Source: Clostridia bacterium (GTDB lineage Bacteria; Bacillota; Clostridia; Oscillospirales; CAG-382). From it: DNA of 64,000 nt. The position numbers and the translations under genes were made by a program. Below, one piece after another: positions 40,031-51,069 of this stretch (position 1 is the first letter of the stretch; each line of letters begins with the position of its first letter). The DNA lies in assembly GCA_017549365.1 (NCBI GenBank), contig JAFYUZ010000027.1, forward strand, positions 5,619-69,618, given 5' to 3'. A model generated the notes under the pieces. The model did not search any database, was not told the origin of the DNA, and saw nothing but the letters and a program-made list of their open reading frames with translations.

Positions 40031-40744
40031 ATGGATTTTACAGGTAAAACAGCTTTTGTAACAGGTGCCGCCAAGGGTATCGGAAGAGCGACAGCCATAG
40101 GCTTTGCAAAAAACGGGGCAAATGTTGTTGTTTCGGACATTTCGGATCTTTCCGAAACCTGCGGAGAGATAAATAAATATACAGAAAACTTTATGGCAAT
40201 AAATTTTGACGTATCTGATGAGGCCGCCGCACGAAACGCGATTGCAAAGGCGGCTGAAAAATTCGGAAAAACAGATATTCTTATAAACAACGCAGCAATA
40301 TTCCCTATTTCCGATTTTGCAAACTCTTCTTCGGAGCAATGGAAAAAAGTAATTGACGTTAATGTTTTGGGCACCATGTATTTGTCGCATGCGGTTTTGC
40401 CGTCCATGATCGAAAACGGCTATGGCAGAATTGTAAACATCGGCTCGGTTGCGGGTGTTTACGGTCTCAGCTGGTTTGTTGATTATTCCATGTCAAAGGG
40501 TGCGGTTATATCCTTTACAAAGGCGCTTGCAAAAGCTGTGTCCGACAAAGGTATCACCGTAAATTGCGTTTCGCCCGGAAGCGTAGCTCCCGACGGAAGC
40601 GACGCCATGAAAGATTTTTCGTTTGTGGGCCGCGCCGCTACCTATGATGAAATTGCAAATGTGATTTTGTTTGTGGCAAGCAACGAAGCAAGCTATGTTT
40701 CGGGCCAGAATTACCTTGTCGACGGTTGCCGAAAACAAATGTAA
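40031..40744 (+). CDS. SDR-family oxidoreductase (FabG-like)
   Basis: 'TGAAKGIGRA', 'NNAA', and Y-x3-K in 'YSMSKGAV'. Confidence 0.85.
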   Translation: MDFTGKTAFVTGAAKGIGRATAIGFAKNGANVVVSDISDLSETCGEINKYTENFMAINFDVSDEAAARNAIAKAAEKFGKTDILINNAAIFPISDFANSSSEQWKKVIDVNVLGTMYLSHAVLPSMIENGYGRIVNIGSVAGVYGLSWFVDYSMSKGAVISFTKALAKAVSDKGITVNCVSPGSVAPDGSDAMKDFSFVGRAATYDEIANVILFVASNEASYVSGQNYLVDGCRKQM

Positions 40745-40938
40745 GCATATTTTTTGTTGTCCCGCGCCGATTTTCCTTGTGTCAGGGCAACCCGCCTGAA
40801 AATTTTGCCAACAGAGATTTGATGCAAAGCCTTGCAATTTGAAAAAATGGAAAAAATCCATCAAAACATAGAATTTTTATATTTACTATTTGCCGTAATA
40901 TGATATAATAAGTATATCAAAACATTCGGAGGCAGTTT

Positions 40939-41817
40939 ATGAAAGAAAGCATGATCGGAATGCTGCTGATATTTGCAGGACTTGTTTGCCATCAGTTTGA
41001 AGCGATACTTGTAAAACAGCACGGCAAAAAGCACGGCTCGGGCGGCATGCACTTTAACGCCATCATTTGTCTTTTTGCCATGGTATATTTTTTTGTAACA
41101 GACAAAAACGGTTTGCAGTTTTCGCGCGAGGTAATTCTTTACGGCGTTGCCAACTGTTTTATGTATGCCACGGGTTTTTACACCACCTATCTCGCCTTTC
41201 GGTCGGGATCCTTCGGGCTCACCCGTCTTTTCACAGCCTTCAGCGGCATAATCCCCATTTTTTACGGCATAATCTTTCTTAAAGAGCCGACATATCCCAT
41301 AACCTACGTCGCCCTTGTACTTATCTTCGTTTCTGTTTTTCTGATGAACTACACAAAGGGCGAAAAAGACGGCAACAAGCTCACGATCGGTTGGCTGATC
41401 TGCACGCTTTTAACTGTTCTTTCAAACGCGATCATTTCAATAATAGGAAAAGTCGAACACGATCACCTGGGCGACGGTTTCAATAACGAATTTCTGATAA
41501 TCTCGCTCGGCGGCGCGGCAATTATTCTGTTTATCCTCGGATTTATCTTCGAGCGCAAAGATTTCAGATCGACCTTCAGATACGGCCTTGTCTACGGAAT
41601 GTTTGCAGGAATTTTCAACGGAATAAACAATCTTCTCGTCCTTACCACCTACAACTACCTGCCCCTTTCGTTCATCTCGCCCGTGAAAACCGGACTTGGC
41701 ATCGTCATCAGCTTTTTTGTGTCACTGTTGTTTTTCCGCGAAAAATTTTCGCGGCGGCAGATCGCAAGCGTTGCCATCGGCATAGTTGCCGTGGTGCTTA
41801 TAAATATTAAAATATAA
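40939..41817 (+). CDS. DMT/EamA-like 10-TM transporter
   Basis: Two-fold repeated five-helix hydrophobic pattern. The family call is from topology and general resemblance only. Confidence 0.6.
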   Translation: MKESMIGMLLIFAGLVCHQFEAILVKQHGKKHGSGGMHFNAIICLFAMVYFFVTDKNGLQFSREVILYGVANCFMYATGFYTTYLAFRSGSFGLTRLFTAFSGIIPIFYGIIFLKEPTYPITYVALVLIFVSVFLMNYTKGEKDGNKLTIGWLICTLLTVLSNAIISIIGKVEHDHLGDGFNNEFLIISLGGAAIILFILGFIFERKDFRSTFRYGLVYGMFAGIFNGINNLLVLTTYNYLPLSFISPVKTGLGIVISFFVSLLFFREKFSRRQIASVAIGIVAVVLINIKI

Positions 41818-41852
41818 AAAATGCCCCTCGGGTTTTGACCGAGGGGCAAATT

Positions 41853-43541
41853 TTATACATTCTTCTTTATCGTTTCATATACTTCGTCTATAAATTCGGA
41901 AAAACTCTGTGCATCGCGCGGCGAAACGTCAAACGACGGAACGCCAAAATGCTTTTCGATAAGCGCATTGCACGCTTCTTTTCCCACAAGCTTTTTGAGC
42001 AGTTCAAGAAGCCTCATATCCACAAGTCCTTCGTTAAAGATCTTTTGTCTTACCGACTGATAGCATCCGCCGTTGAAGGCAGGATAAACAAAAAACGAGG
42101 TACCCGCCAACGAAAAACCGCCGCAGGGATTAAGGATGGGATCAAACAAATACTGGCTGAGCTCGCCGTAATAGTTGTTGTAGCCCCAGTGCAAAAATCC
42201 CTTTATGTCGTGATAAAAAAGCTGAACTCCCAGCATTCTGTTGCGCTCGCGGGGGATATGGAAAGTTCTGTTGCTCGATGCACCCATAGTTGCCGCAGAG
42301 CCGACATAATACGCCCAAAGATTTTTTACCTTTCCGAGAAAAGGCTTGATATCGGCGGTCATAACTATGGGGTTTCTGCAGATGCCCTTTTCGTATATTT
42401 CAAAATGTGAAAGAGCATCGCCCATCATATAATCCTTCAAAAGCTCCGCCACCGCGTTGAAAGCCACGGAATAATGGGGAATGTGCTCGTTTTGCGGTTC
42501 GTCGGAAACATGGAAAAGTATCTTTTTTTCAAGCTTTTCGGTTTTGAGGAATTTTTTAAGCTCTGTGATGTATTGGGTGAGAAAATCTGCATATTCCTGC
42601 GATCCCGAATCGGTTTCCCAGCCAAAGATCTTCTTTTTGCGTCCGTTCACGTATGCTTCGATCTTGGGCGCCGCCTTTGCACCCCACTGGGTGAAAAGGT
42701 GGGAATGCTCGAAATACTTTATGCCGTTTTTGCGGCAGACATCGACGAATTTTTTCATCAGGCTGAAATCAAAGGTGTATTTCTTGCCTTTTTTTGTTAT
42801 CTTGACAAGCTGAACCGTCATTCTTTCTCGGCCGGGAGATGTATCAAGAGGCGGAGTGAAAGCAGGCATAAGTATCATGTTCATGCCGTTTTTCGTAGCG
42901 GTCTTTACGTAGGTTTCAAATATTTCAAAATACTTGTCGGTAAAAACCTCCACGTTGTAAACGTCGGCAAGGCAATCGTTGTGGAACCAGTTGGTGTACA
43001 TAAGCTTTTGCGCACCGAGCTTTACGGGAAGAACTTCTATTTGTGCCTCGGCGTCACCACAGGGATTTCCGTTTCTGTCGAAAAGCTCAAATTTCAGCTT
43101 GTGAACACCTGCGCAAACAGTCTTTGCATCCTCGTTTACCGTAAACCAAACCGCCTGCCAGCTGTCGTCATAAGCGCGAAGGCGCACTTTTTCGCCCTGC
43201 TCGGTGACAAGGTCATTTCCGAAATACTGATGCACAAGAAGGGGGGGATTTGTCTTTTTGGGCACAAGAATATCGGGATAAAGTCCGGTTTGCATTCCCG
43301 TATCGATGGTGGACGTGTGAAGAAGCGGAACGTTGTTTATATAGTAGATGCTGATGGGAAGATCTGATGTGGTCTTTATGTGAAAATCGCAGTTTTTTGC
43401 ACTTCCGTCGGTCATCTTAAAAGCCATCTGGAAAGAAACAGGCTGGTTTTCACACATAAAAAAGGAATTTTTCACCTTTCCCACAGGCTCTCTGTCGGTA
43501 TAAACAGGCACGAGGGAATCGTATATTCTTGTTTCGATCAT
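41853..43541 (-). CDS. DUF4091 domain-containing putative glycoside hydrolase
   Basis: 562 aa from the ATG at 43541, which follows an AAAGGAA RBS. The C-terminal 'GFLHWGYNNY' region is typical of DUF4091 as I recall it. Confidence 0.55.
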   Translation of the reverse strand: MIETRIYDSLVPVYTDREPVGKVKNSFFMCENQPVSFQMAFKMTDGSAKNCDFHIKTTSDLPISIYYINNVPLLHTSTIDTGMQTGLYPDILVPKKTNPPLLVHQYFGNDLVTEQGEKVRLRAYDDSWQAVWFTVNEDAKTVCAGVHKLKFELFDRNGNPCGDAEAQIEVLPVKLGAQKLMYTNWFHNDCLADVYNVEVFTDKYFEIFETYVKTATKNGMNMILMPAFTPPLDTSPGRERMTVQLVKITKKGKKYTFDFSLMKKFVDVCRKNGIKYFEHSHLFTQWGAKAAPKIEAYVNGRKKKIFGWETDSGSQEYADFLTQYITELKKFLKTEKLEKKILFHVSDEPQNEHIPHYSVAFNAVAELLKDYMMGDALSHFEIYEKGICRNPIVMTADIKPFLGKVKNLWAYYVGSAATMGASSNRTFHIPRERNRMLGVQLFYHDIKGFLHWGYNNYYGELSQYLFDPILNPCGGFSLAGTSFFVYPAFNGGCYQSVRQKIFNEGLVDMRLLELLKKLVGKEACNALIEKHFGVPSFDVSPRDAQSFSEFIDEVYETIKKNV

Positions 43542-43670
43542 AAAAATGTTCCTTTCGTATTTTGTACTGACTATAATGTACCATATTTTGACTGCAAACA
43601 CAATGGTATTTCTTGCTGAAAATTGTTCTTTTTCTGCTATATTAAAACGCCAAAAATTTTTGCACCGCGC

Positions 43671-43697
43671 AAAAAACCCGCCGTACGGCGGGTTTTC
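43671..43697 (-). terminator. Intrinsic terminator after the esterase gene
   Basis: Stem cccgccg/cggcggg with a T-run on the minus strand. Confidence 0.75.
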
Positions 43698-43705
43698 TTA
43701 TTTCA

Positions 43706-44461
43706 TCAAAGTGCTTCAAATGTGGTTCTGATTGCAGAATCCTGGGTGGATCGTTCGGAAAAGACCTTGTTTTTGTCCTCGAGCTTTTCAAACTCTTCGT
43801 AGTAACGAAGACCGAATTCATAAAGAGCGTCGGCACAAAAATGCAGATTGTCGGGATTGGGTTTCAAACCTTTTGCACTGACAAAACCTGTCATTTCGTG
43901 CTCTTTTGCATAGCGTTCGAGCGCAGGATTTACAACTTTGAACCCTTCGGCAAGCCCGCCGTTTGCGTAGATCTCAATAAAATCTCCCAGCCCTCCGACA
44001 AGAAAGGGTACATCATAAAGGTCAAGATCTCGGCGCAAAGCCGAAAAGATCTTTTCAAGCTTTTCGTAATATACGGGATATCTGCCATCGTGGCAATCAC
44101 TTTCGCCCTGATGCCACAAAACACCTGCAATCGTGGAGGTGCGGGATGCAAGGCGCGCACAGTTTACCGCATTGTCATAAAGAAGGCTTCCCTCCTGCCA
44201 TTGGTCAAGGCAGGTGCCGCCATCGGCGCAGGGGATGAGTCCCACCATAACGTTTTCGTGCTTTTCCGAATATTTTTCGGCAAAGCTTTCGGCAAGATTT
44301 ACTCCCGAAAAAGATCTGTCTCCGTTGACGGGACGGTAAAAGGGTTGCCATCTGCCGTTGCGTAAAACGCGGATGTTCTGTCCGTTTATTTCGTGGGCTT
44401 CATCAAAAAAACCTCTGCCTGCCATATTCGATTGGCCGATGAGCAAAAACGAATGTATCAT
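43706..44461 (-). CDS. Sialate O-acetylesterase-like (SASA/DUF303, SGNH-type) carbohydrate esterase
   Basis: N-terminal 'LLIGQSNMAGRG', 'VLWHQGESD'. Confidence 0.75.
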   Translation of the reverse strand: MIHSFLLIGQSNMAGRGFFDEAHEINGQNIRVLRNGRWQPFYRPVNGDRSFSGVNLAESFAEKYSEKHENVMVGLIPCADGGTCLDQWQEGSLLYDNAVNCARLASRTSTIAGVLWHQGESDCHDGRYPVYYEKLEKIFSALRRDLDLYDVPFLVGGLGDFIEIYANGGLAEGFKVVNPALERYAKEHEMTGFVSAKGLKPNPDNLHFCADALYEFGLRYYEEFEKLEDKNKVFSERSTQDSAIRTTFEAL

Positions 44462-44471
44462 AAAATTTCTC

Positions 44472-44822
44472 CTATTCCCTGCAAACTGTCAGTTTTATCA
44501 AAAGCTCTTCGCTGTCATACTGATCGTCGGAAAGATTATCCTTTGCCGAAAGTTTCAAGGCGGCTTTGTTGCGGCGGATATCACCGCATTTTTTGCATTT
44601 ATGAGTTATAACGTAACCCTTTTTGGGGTCGGGCTCGCAAAAGATCGGCACAAGAAGTCCCAGACATTCGGACGCTCTGTCGCCGGGGTTTATATCAATA
44701 TGTATTGAACAAAGGCACCTCGGACAATGGTTTCTGCTGGTCTTGCCCAAAGGCTGAACCTTGAAACCGCAATTCTTGCAAACAAAGCCTGCGTCGTTTT
44801 TTGTAAAACGCTTTATCTCCAT
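44472..44822 (-). CDS. RNHCP domain-containing zinc-ribbon protein
   Basis: Literal 'RNHCPRCLCS' motif plus 'CKNCG' and 'CKKCG'. The start is taken as the ATG at 44822, just after the uxuA stop. Confidence 0.7.
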   Translation of the reverse strand: MEIKRFTKNDAGFVCKNCGFKVQPLGKTSRNHCPRCLCSIHIDINPGDRASECLGLLVPIFCEPDPKKGYVITHKCKKCGDIRRNKAALKLSAKDNLSDDQYDSEELLIKLTVCRE

Positions 44823-44827
44823 GCGGC

Positions 44828-45877
44828 TTATTTCTTGCTGTCCTTTTCGATGGCTTCCCAAAGTCCGTTGATGTAAGCGGCGCCCATGGCTCTGTCGTAA
44901 AGACCGTAGCCGGGTCTGCCGGTTTCGCCCCAGATCATTCTGCCGTGGTCGGGACGGATATAGCCGTCAAAGCCTGTTTCCACAAGAGCTTTTACGATGC
45001 CGTAGATATCAAGCGAACCATATTCGGTCTTGTGCGCGGTCTCGTCAAAGTCGCGCTCGCCGGTGAACTTGATGTTTCTGATGTGCATAAAGGGGATTCT
45101 GTCCATGGCAGAATATTTTCTGACCATAGAAGGAATGTCGTTTTTGGGATCAACGCCGAGAGAACCTGTGCAGAAAGTAAGGCCGTTGTAGGGCGAATCG
45201 ACAAGCTTTAAGAAGCGGTCGAGGTTTTCTTCGCAGGTGATAACTCTGGGAAGACCAAAAATGCCCCATGGCGGATCGTCCGGGTGGATCGCCATTTTGA
45301 CGTCGCACTCCTCACAGGTGGGAATAATGCCCTTAAGGAAATATTCCATGTTTTCCCAAAGCTTTTCTTCGTCGACGCTCTTGTATTCTTCAAGAAGTGC
45401 GCCAAGGCCTTCTTTTGTATAGCTGGAATCCCATCCGGGAAGCGAAAGGTCGCCCTTTCTGGGGTCCATTCCAAGCACGGTTTCATCGCGGTAAACAAGC
45501 GATGTGGAACCGTCGGCGTTAACGTGGGAAAGGTCGGATCTCAACCAGTCGAAAACGGGCATAAAGTTATAGCAGATAACCTTTACACCTGCCTTTGAAA
45601 GGTTGCGGATGTTCTGGCAATAAACTTCGATGTACTTGTCGCGGGTGGGCTTTCCGAGCTTGATATCCTCGTGCACGGGAACGCTTTCTACGATATCGAA
45701 GATAAGGCCGTGGTCCTCGCACGCCTTTTTGATCTTAAGAATCTCCTCCATCGGCCAGATCTCGCCAACGGGAACAGAATAAACTGCCGAAACGACGCTG
45801 CGCATGGCAGGGATCTGCGATATGTACTCAAGACTTACAGGGTCCTGCTCGCCATACCAGCGGAATGACATTTTCAT
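44828..45877 (-). CDS. uxuA: Mannonate dehydratase
   Basis: '[19 protein letters not shown]' N-terminus and overall UxuA length. Confidence 0.85.
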   Translation of the reverse strand: MKMSFRWYGEQDPVSLEYISQIPAMRSVVSAVYSVPVGEIWPMEEILKIKKACEDHGLIFDIVESVPVHEDIKLGKPTRDKYIEVYCQNIRNLSKAGVKVICYNFMPVFDWLRSDLSHVNADGSTSLVYRDETVLGMDPRKGDLSLPGWDSSYTKEGLGALLEEYKSVDEEKLWENMEYFLKGIIPTCEECDVKMAIHPDDPPWGIFGLPRVITCEENLDRFLKLVDSPYNGLTFCTGSLGVDPKNDIPSMVRKYSAMDRIPFMHIRNIKFTGERDFDETAHKTEYGSLDIYGIVKALVETGFDGYIRPDHGRMIWGETGRPGYGLYDRAMGAAYINGLWEAIEKDSKK

Positions 45878-45903
45878 GATGTTTTCTCCTTTATATGATT
45901 TTT

Positions 45904-46905
45904 TTATTTGTTACCTGAAAGGTTTTGTTTTCTTGTGTTCAGACGGATATCCTCGCCCACAAATCCAAACGAACGGTAAGAGCCGATAACGCGCGACACG
46001 ATGCGTTCGTCATACGCCTTGCGCATGGCGTCAATGCTCGAAAGGTTGGTGCTGATGACAGTTCCTTTGTCGGCGCAAAGGCGGGTGTTGAGAATGTTGT
46101 AAAGGGTGGCGTGGGTAAACGAATTTGCAAACTCCGAGCCGAGATCGTCGATGATAAGAAGATCGCATTCAAAATATTTGTCGGTGGTAACCGGTACGTC
46201 GATCTTTGAAAAACGCTCTCTTTCAAAAGTGTGCATAATATTCAGCGCCGTGTCGTAGACCACGTAAAAACCGCGATCGATCAGCTTTTTTGCCACCGCC
46301 GTCGAAAGGTGAGTCTTTCCGAGTCCTGTGCCGCCGTAGAACATGATATTCTTGCCACAGTCCTCTTTTCCGAAATCCTCGGCATATTTTTTGGTCTGTG
46401 AAAGAATAAATTCCATCATCTTGCGGGATTTTTCGGGATAGAGCGAAGTATCAAAATTTTCAAAGCTCTGGTCGGTCAGCATTGCGCCAAGTCCCGAATT
46501 GAGATACGATTCGCGGCGCAAAGCCTTTATAAGACATTCGCAGGGGTCAATGCCCACGTAGCCTGTGTCGTTGCATTTTTTACATTCATATCTGGGCTTT
46601 GTGTAATCGGCAGAATATCCCGCTTCTTTCAATATATCCGCACGGGCAGACTGAAGTTCGCGGTTTTCCTCGTGCAAAGCCTCTATTCTGTCCTCAAGGG
46701 GCACGGGGTTGCCTTTTTTCAGCGCCTCGGCATAAACCTTAAGTCCCGTTTTTGCCAACGCATCGTCTATTTCCGCAATTCCCGGAACGCGAAGATGAAC
46801 TTCGTTTCTTCGTTCCTGGGCTTCTTCTATGGCTTTTTTCTGTTTTTCGTCAAAAAATTCTTTAACTTTCTTTCTGACGTCGATCGAATAAGAAATGACA
46901 GACAC
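45904..46905 (-). CDS. DnaC/DnaI-like (IstB-type) AAA+ helicase-loader-like ATPase
   Basis: Zinc knuckle 'CKKCNDTGY...CEC', Walker A '[10 protein letters not shown]', Walker B 'LLIIDDLG'. The start is uncertain. A TTGACA-18-TATAAT promoter lies inside the longest ORF (TTG at 46941), so the real start should be the GTG at 46905 or the ATT at 46896, after AAAGAGG. Confidence 0.75.
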   Translation of the reverse strand: MSVISYSIDVRKKVKEFFDEKQKKAIEEAQERRNEVHLRVPGIAEIDDALAKTGLKVYAEALKKGNPVPLEDRIEALHEENRELQSARADILKEAGYSADYTKPRYECKKCNDTGYVGIDPCECLIKALRRESYLNSGLGAMLTDQSFENFDTSLYPEKSRKMMEFILSQTKKYAEDFGKEDCGKNIMFYGGTGLGKTHLSTAVAKKLIDRGFYVVYDTALNIMHTFERERFSKIDVPVTTDKYFECDLLIIDDLGSEFANSFTHATLYNILNTRLCADKGTVISTNLSSIDAMRKAYDERIVSRVIGSYRSFGFVGEDIRLNTRKQNLSGNK

Positions 46906-46924
46906 CTCTTTCTGAGTAATTAGA

Positions 46925-46954
46925 ATTATACCCTCAAACAAAGCCTCTTGTCAA
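46925..46954 (-). promoter_or_regulatory. Sigma-A promoter, TTGACA-18nt-TATAAT
   Basis: Reverse complement of 46949-46954 is TTGACA. Reverse complement of 46925-46930 is TATAAT. Confidence 0.6.
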
Positions 46955-47004
46955 CAAAAAACGGGCTTGTTCGGGCATTTAGTCGCTTTTTGCATTCTCT
47001 TTTT

Positions 47005-48798
47005 TCAGTCTTCTTCACAAACGGCTGTATGCGACGGCAAAAGCACGGTCACCGTGGTGCCCTCGCCCTTGCGGCTGGTTATGCTGATATCTCCGTGGTG
47101 GGCATCGACGATCTCCTTTGAGATCGAAAGTCCAAGACCTGTGCCGCCCACGTCCGAATTTCGCGCCTTGTCAACGCGATAAAAACGCTCGAATATACGG
47201 GGCAGGTTTTCCTCGGGGATACCGATGCCGTTGTCGGAAACTGCGATCTTGTAGGAATATTTTCCCTCCTGAGCCATAGACGCAGTAACCTTGATCTTTC
47301 CTCCGTTGGGGGTGTATTTGATGGAATTTCCGATAAGGTTTGTAAATACCTGCTCGATTCGCTCCTTGTCGGCGGCAATTATCTCGCCCTCGGGGATGGA
47401 CGAATCAAAGGTAAGGGTGTGTCCGTGATCCTGCGCCTCGGAATTAAGCGCGTCGCATATCTGGGACAGAGCCGAATGGATGGAAAATCTTGACATTTTC
47501 CAGGACATACGGCGGTTTTCAAGTCTTGAAAGCACGAGAAGATCTTTTACGATACGGGTCATTCTGTCAGACTCGTTCATGACGATAGAAAGAAATCTCT
47601 TTCGCATCGGCTCGGGAAGCTGATCGTCCTCGATAATAAGCTCGGTGGCACCCTTGATACTTGTAAGGGGGGTGCGAAGCTCGTGCGAAACGTTGGCAAT
47701 AAATTCGCGGCGGCTCTTTTCAAGCAAAGCTCTGTCGGTGATGTCCTGAATAACGATAAGATAACCTGTTTTTCCGATGTCATAATTGAAAACGTTGAAG
47801 CTGACGTCGGTGATAAGCTCTGTGCCCGCCTTCTTTTTTATGGTGTATTCGGGAATGTTGATGGTGGTTTCGGTAACAAGGATGGCGCTGGTTATCTCGG
47901 GCATTCCGAGCGCTTTTGTAAAATCGTCAAAATCGTATTCTTTGTCGGTGGGGATGCCCAGCATATCACAGGCAGAATCGTTTATGTGCAACATTCTGCC
48001 GTTTTCGTCAAAGGCCGCAACTCCATCTTCCAGGCGGCTGAAAATCGTTTCAAGCTTTTCGCGCTCGCCCGAAACCTGTGCCATCGAATGTTCGATCTTG
48101 CGAGCCATCTGGTTGAAGTTTTCGGTAAGCTCGCCTATCTCGTCGTGCGATCTGTTTTCGATTCGGTAGTCGTATTCGCCCGAGGCAATGGTCTTTGCGC
48201 CTGCCGTCAGCTTTCTTATTGGCGAAGTTATGGCGCGGGTCATGAAAAAGCAAAGGAAAAGCGCAATGGCAAGTCCGATGAGAAGTGCCTGGAAAATGAT
48301 GGAAAAGAGCACCCAGATAAGCGATTTCATTCGGGTCAGATCATCGTATATGTAGATGATGCTTTCGCCGCCACGGCCGTTTATATATTTGGCATAGTCA
48401 AAATATTCGGTGCCCGACACACTGTTTTTTTCGGTTTTGCGATTCATCGCCGAAAGAAGGTTTGCGGTCTTGACCACAGAGCCTGAAGCGTCGGCCGAGC
48501 TTTCAAGGATGTTTCCGCTCATGTCAAGGATATAAAAGCTGCGATAGCTGTCGAAGCTGAAGCTTCCCGAATAGGCGGTCATAACGTCCTTTTGCGCCTG
48601 GGCAGGATCTGCCATATCAAAACATTCCGAAAGACTGTTTACAAGGCGGTCGGTAAAACCCTCGTCCATCTGCTCGAGAAAATCGTCGGCATAAAACGAG
48701 CTTACTCTGTCCAGCAAAAAAACGCCCACCACCGCCATAACGGCGATTATGAAAACGATGAAGATCAGCACAAGCTTTACAGTAAGGCTTCTGAACAT
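47005..48798 (-). CDS. Sensor histidine kinase (TM-HAMP-PAS-HisKA-HATPase; WalK/PhoR-like)
   Basis: 'SHELRTPLTSI', 'NLIGNSIKYT', 'DNGIGI', 'GGTGLGLSI'. Confidence 0.9.
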   Translation of the reverse strand: MFRSLTVKLVLIFIVFIIAVMAVVGVFLLDRVSSFYADDFLEQMDEGFTDRLVNSLSECFDMADPAQAQKDVMTAYSGSFSFDSYRSFYILDMSGNILESSADASGSVVKTANLLSAMNRKTEKNSVSGTEYFDYAKYINGRGGESIIYIYDDLTRMKSLIWVLFSIIFQALLIGLAIALFLCFFMTRAITSPIRKLTAGAKTIASGEYDYRIENRSHDEIGELTENFNQMARKIEHSMAQVSGEREKLETIFSRLEDGVAAFDENGRMLHINDSACDMLGIPTDKEYDFDDFTKALGMPEITSAILVTETTINIPEYTIKKKAGTELITDVSFNVFNYDIGKTGYLIVIQDITDRALLEKSRREFIANVSHELRTPLTSIKGATELIIEDDQLPEPMRKRFLSIVMNESDRMTRIVKDLLVLSRLENRRMSWKMSRFSIHSALSQICDALNSEAQDHGHTLTFDSSIPEGEIIAADKERIEQVFTNLIGNSIKYTPNGGKIKVTASMAQEGKYSYKIAVSDNGIGIPEENLPRIFERFYRVDKARNSDVGGTGLGLSISKEIVDAHHGDISITSRKGEGTTVTVLLPSHTAVCEED

Positions 48799-48816
48799 TA
48801 GAAAAATCCTCTTTCC

Positions 48817-49536
48817 TTACGACATGAAATATCCGACACCGCGTTTGTTCTGGATATATTCGGGTTCGGCAGGGTTTTCTTCGATCTTTTTTCTGATACG
48901 GGCAAGGGTGACGTCGACGGTGCGCAGGTCGCCGTAAAATCCGTCGTATCCCCACACCTTTTCCATGATCTCTTCGCGCTGGAAAACGGTGCCGCGGTTT
49001 TTTGCAAAAAATTCCACAAGGTCGTATTCCTTTTTGGAAAGGGATATCTCGACGCCGTTTTTGCTGACGCTGTATTTTTTTGTGTTTATAACAAGTCCGT
49101 TTATCGAAATAACACTTTCGTCGGCAGGCTCTTTGCTTGCGGACGGGGTGCGGTTTTCGCCGTGGTATCTGCGGATATTTGCCTTGATACGCGATATCAG
49201 CTCTGCGTGGCTGAAAGGCTTTGTCATATAGTCATCGGCGCCAAGCTCAAGGCCAAACACCTTGTCCGCCTCCTCCTCGCGCGCCGTCAGCATGATTATG
49301 GGTGTGTCAAGCTTTTCGCGAACTCTGCGGCAAACCTCAAATCCGTCAAGCCCGGGAAGCATCACGTCAAGCAATATCAGATCAAAATTTCCCACAAGGG
49401 CAAGGTCAAGAGCCGAAATGCCGTCAAAGGCACAGGTCGCCTCGTATCCTTCGCGCGTTATGGTGTAATGGAGGATCTCGGAAATGGTCTTTTCGTCCTC
49501 CACGATGAGTATTTTCTTCTTTCTTTCGCCGTCCAT
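48817..49536 (-). CDS. OmpR-family response regulator
   Basis: Receiver domain ('ILIVEDE', 'DLILLDVMLPG') plus a winged helix ('RTVDV.L.R.RKKIE'). Confidence 0.92.
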   Translation of the reverse strand: MDGERKKKILIVEDEKTISEILHYTITREGYEATCAFDGISALDLALVGNFDLILLDVMLPGLDGFEVCRRVREKLDTPIIMLTAREEEADKVFGLELGADDYMTKPFSHAELISRIKANIRRYHGENRTPSASKEPADESVISINGLVINTKKYSVSKNGVEISLSKKEYDLVEFFAKNRGTVFQREEIMEKVWGYDGFYGDLRTVDVTLARIRKKIEENPAEPEYIQNKRGVGYFMS

Positions 49537-49569
49537 TTTAAGAACAACCGTCCTTTCGTGAAAGTATAT

Positions 49570-50808
49570 TTATCTTACGGTATAATTTCTTGTGGTTTCG
49601 TCCCAACTCATAATAACCAGCTGATCTTTTGACCGCACCGATTCAAAAAGTCGGCGCAGAGCAGAAACCGTATTTGTGCCGGGGGTAATGCGGAAAACAG
49701 CCCTTGTCGTTCCGCGGGTCGAGGCAAGGTTATAAAGCTCGCCGTACATTTTTTCGTACATATCGGATTTGTCTGCCGACGAAATGTTGTAATCCCAGAC
49801 GCGCACGCCGTATTTTTCAACAAACGCGGCATATTCCTCGTCAGAAAGCTTAACAGCGCCGCTTCCCACCGAAAATCTTACAAGTCTTGACGAGCATTTT
49901 GCCACAAGAAGCAGATTTTCCCTTGCATCCTCAAAAGATGCTGACGGATCCTCGGCATTAAGCAAAAATCCCACGTTCTGCCCTGCCGATATGATCCTGC
50001 GTATCTCGTCAGGATGCTTCAGAATGTCGGACGGGGCAACGAAAAAGGTAAAGGAATTTTTCGCCACGTTGTATTCAAGAAGCGAAAGCACCGGCTTTAC
50101 AAAGCGAAAATCGGTGACGTCCGCCGAAAGATATATCGAGCGGTTGCCGATCTCGGGGGTGACAACGGGATCTACCACAGGCGGGTCGGGCTTGTCGGGC
50201 ACAAGAGGCGGCTCGTCCTTTTTGATGGGGCTGTATATCTTTACAAGCTCTGAAAAAGAAAGCTTTGCCTTGCTGTCCGAAAGGCGCAGGGCATATACCC
50301 CTTCGTCGCGATTTTCGTATATCTCCATTGTGATACCAAGCACCTTTGCCACCTCGGCAACGGGAATGTATCGCGTGGAGTGGAATATTTTGGTTTCAAG
50401 GGTGTAAGGATCGAGATTGTGGGTGGTGACGAGGTTGTTTTCCACGTCAAACGAGATATATCTCGACGATCTTTCGCGGGAAAGATAAAAATAGTCGGAG
50501 GAATAGCCGTATGTCAGTCTGGTGTCTGCAAGCCCCAAGAACATTTCGAGGGGGACGTAATGCACGTTGTTGTGCACAACGAGAGGAAAACGCTTGTAAT
50601 TTTCGAAAGCGGTGTCGTTTTTAAAAAGATTTGGCACAACGTTTTCGTCTGTTGCCGTCTTTGATATGTTGGCGTATTCGTTAAACCACGCATCGTTGTA
50701 TTCGTCGCCATAGGCAAGATCCGAAACAAGGGCGGCAAATATTGAAATCGTCGCTGCAAATACCGCAAAGCATCGCCGCATTTTCGACGAGGCGTTTGAT
50801 TTTTTCAT
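49570..50808 (-). CDS. Secreted protein with copper-amine-oxidase-N-like segments and a possible polysaccharide-deacetylase-like C-terminal domain
   Basis: AGGAG precedes the ATG at 50808, followed by a signal peptide. 'VHYVPLEMFLGL' and 'RYIPVAEVAKVLGI' are stalk-domain-like. The deacetylase-like call is weak. The longer track ORF (to 51441) overlaps the divergent transporter gene and is rejected. Confidence 0.6.
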   Translation of the reverse strand: MKKSNASSKMRRCFAVFAATISIFAALVSDLAYGDEYNDAWFNEYANISKTATDENVVPNLFKNDTAFENYKRFPLVVHNNVHYVPLEMFLGLADTRLTYGYSSDYFYLSRERSSRYISFDVENNLVTTHNLDPYTLETKIFHSTRYIPVAEVAKVLGITMEIYENRDEGVYALRLSDSKAKLSFSELVKIYSPIKKDEPPLVPDKPDPPVVDPVVTPEIGNRSIYLSADVTDFRFVKPVLSLLEYNVAKNSFTFFVAPSDILKHPDEIRRIISAGQNVGFLLNAEDPSASFEDARENLLLVAKCSSRLVRFSVGSGAVKLSDEEYAAFVEKYGVRVWDYNISSADKSDMYEKMYGELYNLASTRGTTRAVFRITPGTNTVSALRRLFESVRSKDQLVIMSWDETTRNYTVR

Positions 50809-51069
50809 GTTACCGCTCCTTTCTTTCAAATGTCTACAAAAATTATTATACACAACTCCAAAATAATTATATCCTTTATATCTCTTTTTGTCAATAGAAA
50901 AGCCTGACCGACGGTGCAAGAGAATGTCGAAAAAAACCAAGCTTTGCGCGTGTTTTTGCACAAAAAACACACTTTGGGATTGACGAAACGGGATTTTTAT
51001 GGTAAAATGATAAAAATGTGACGGCGCAGTATTGTTTTCGTCACAGAAATACTCAATTTGGAGGAATCT

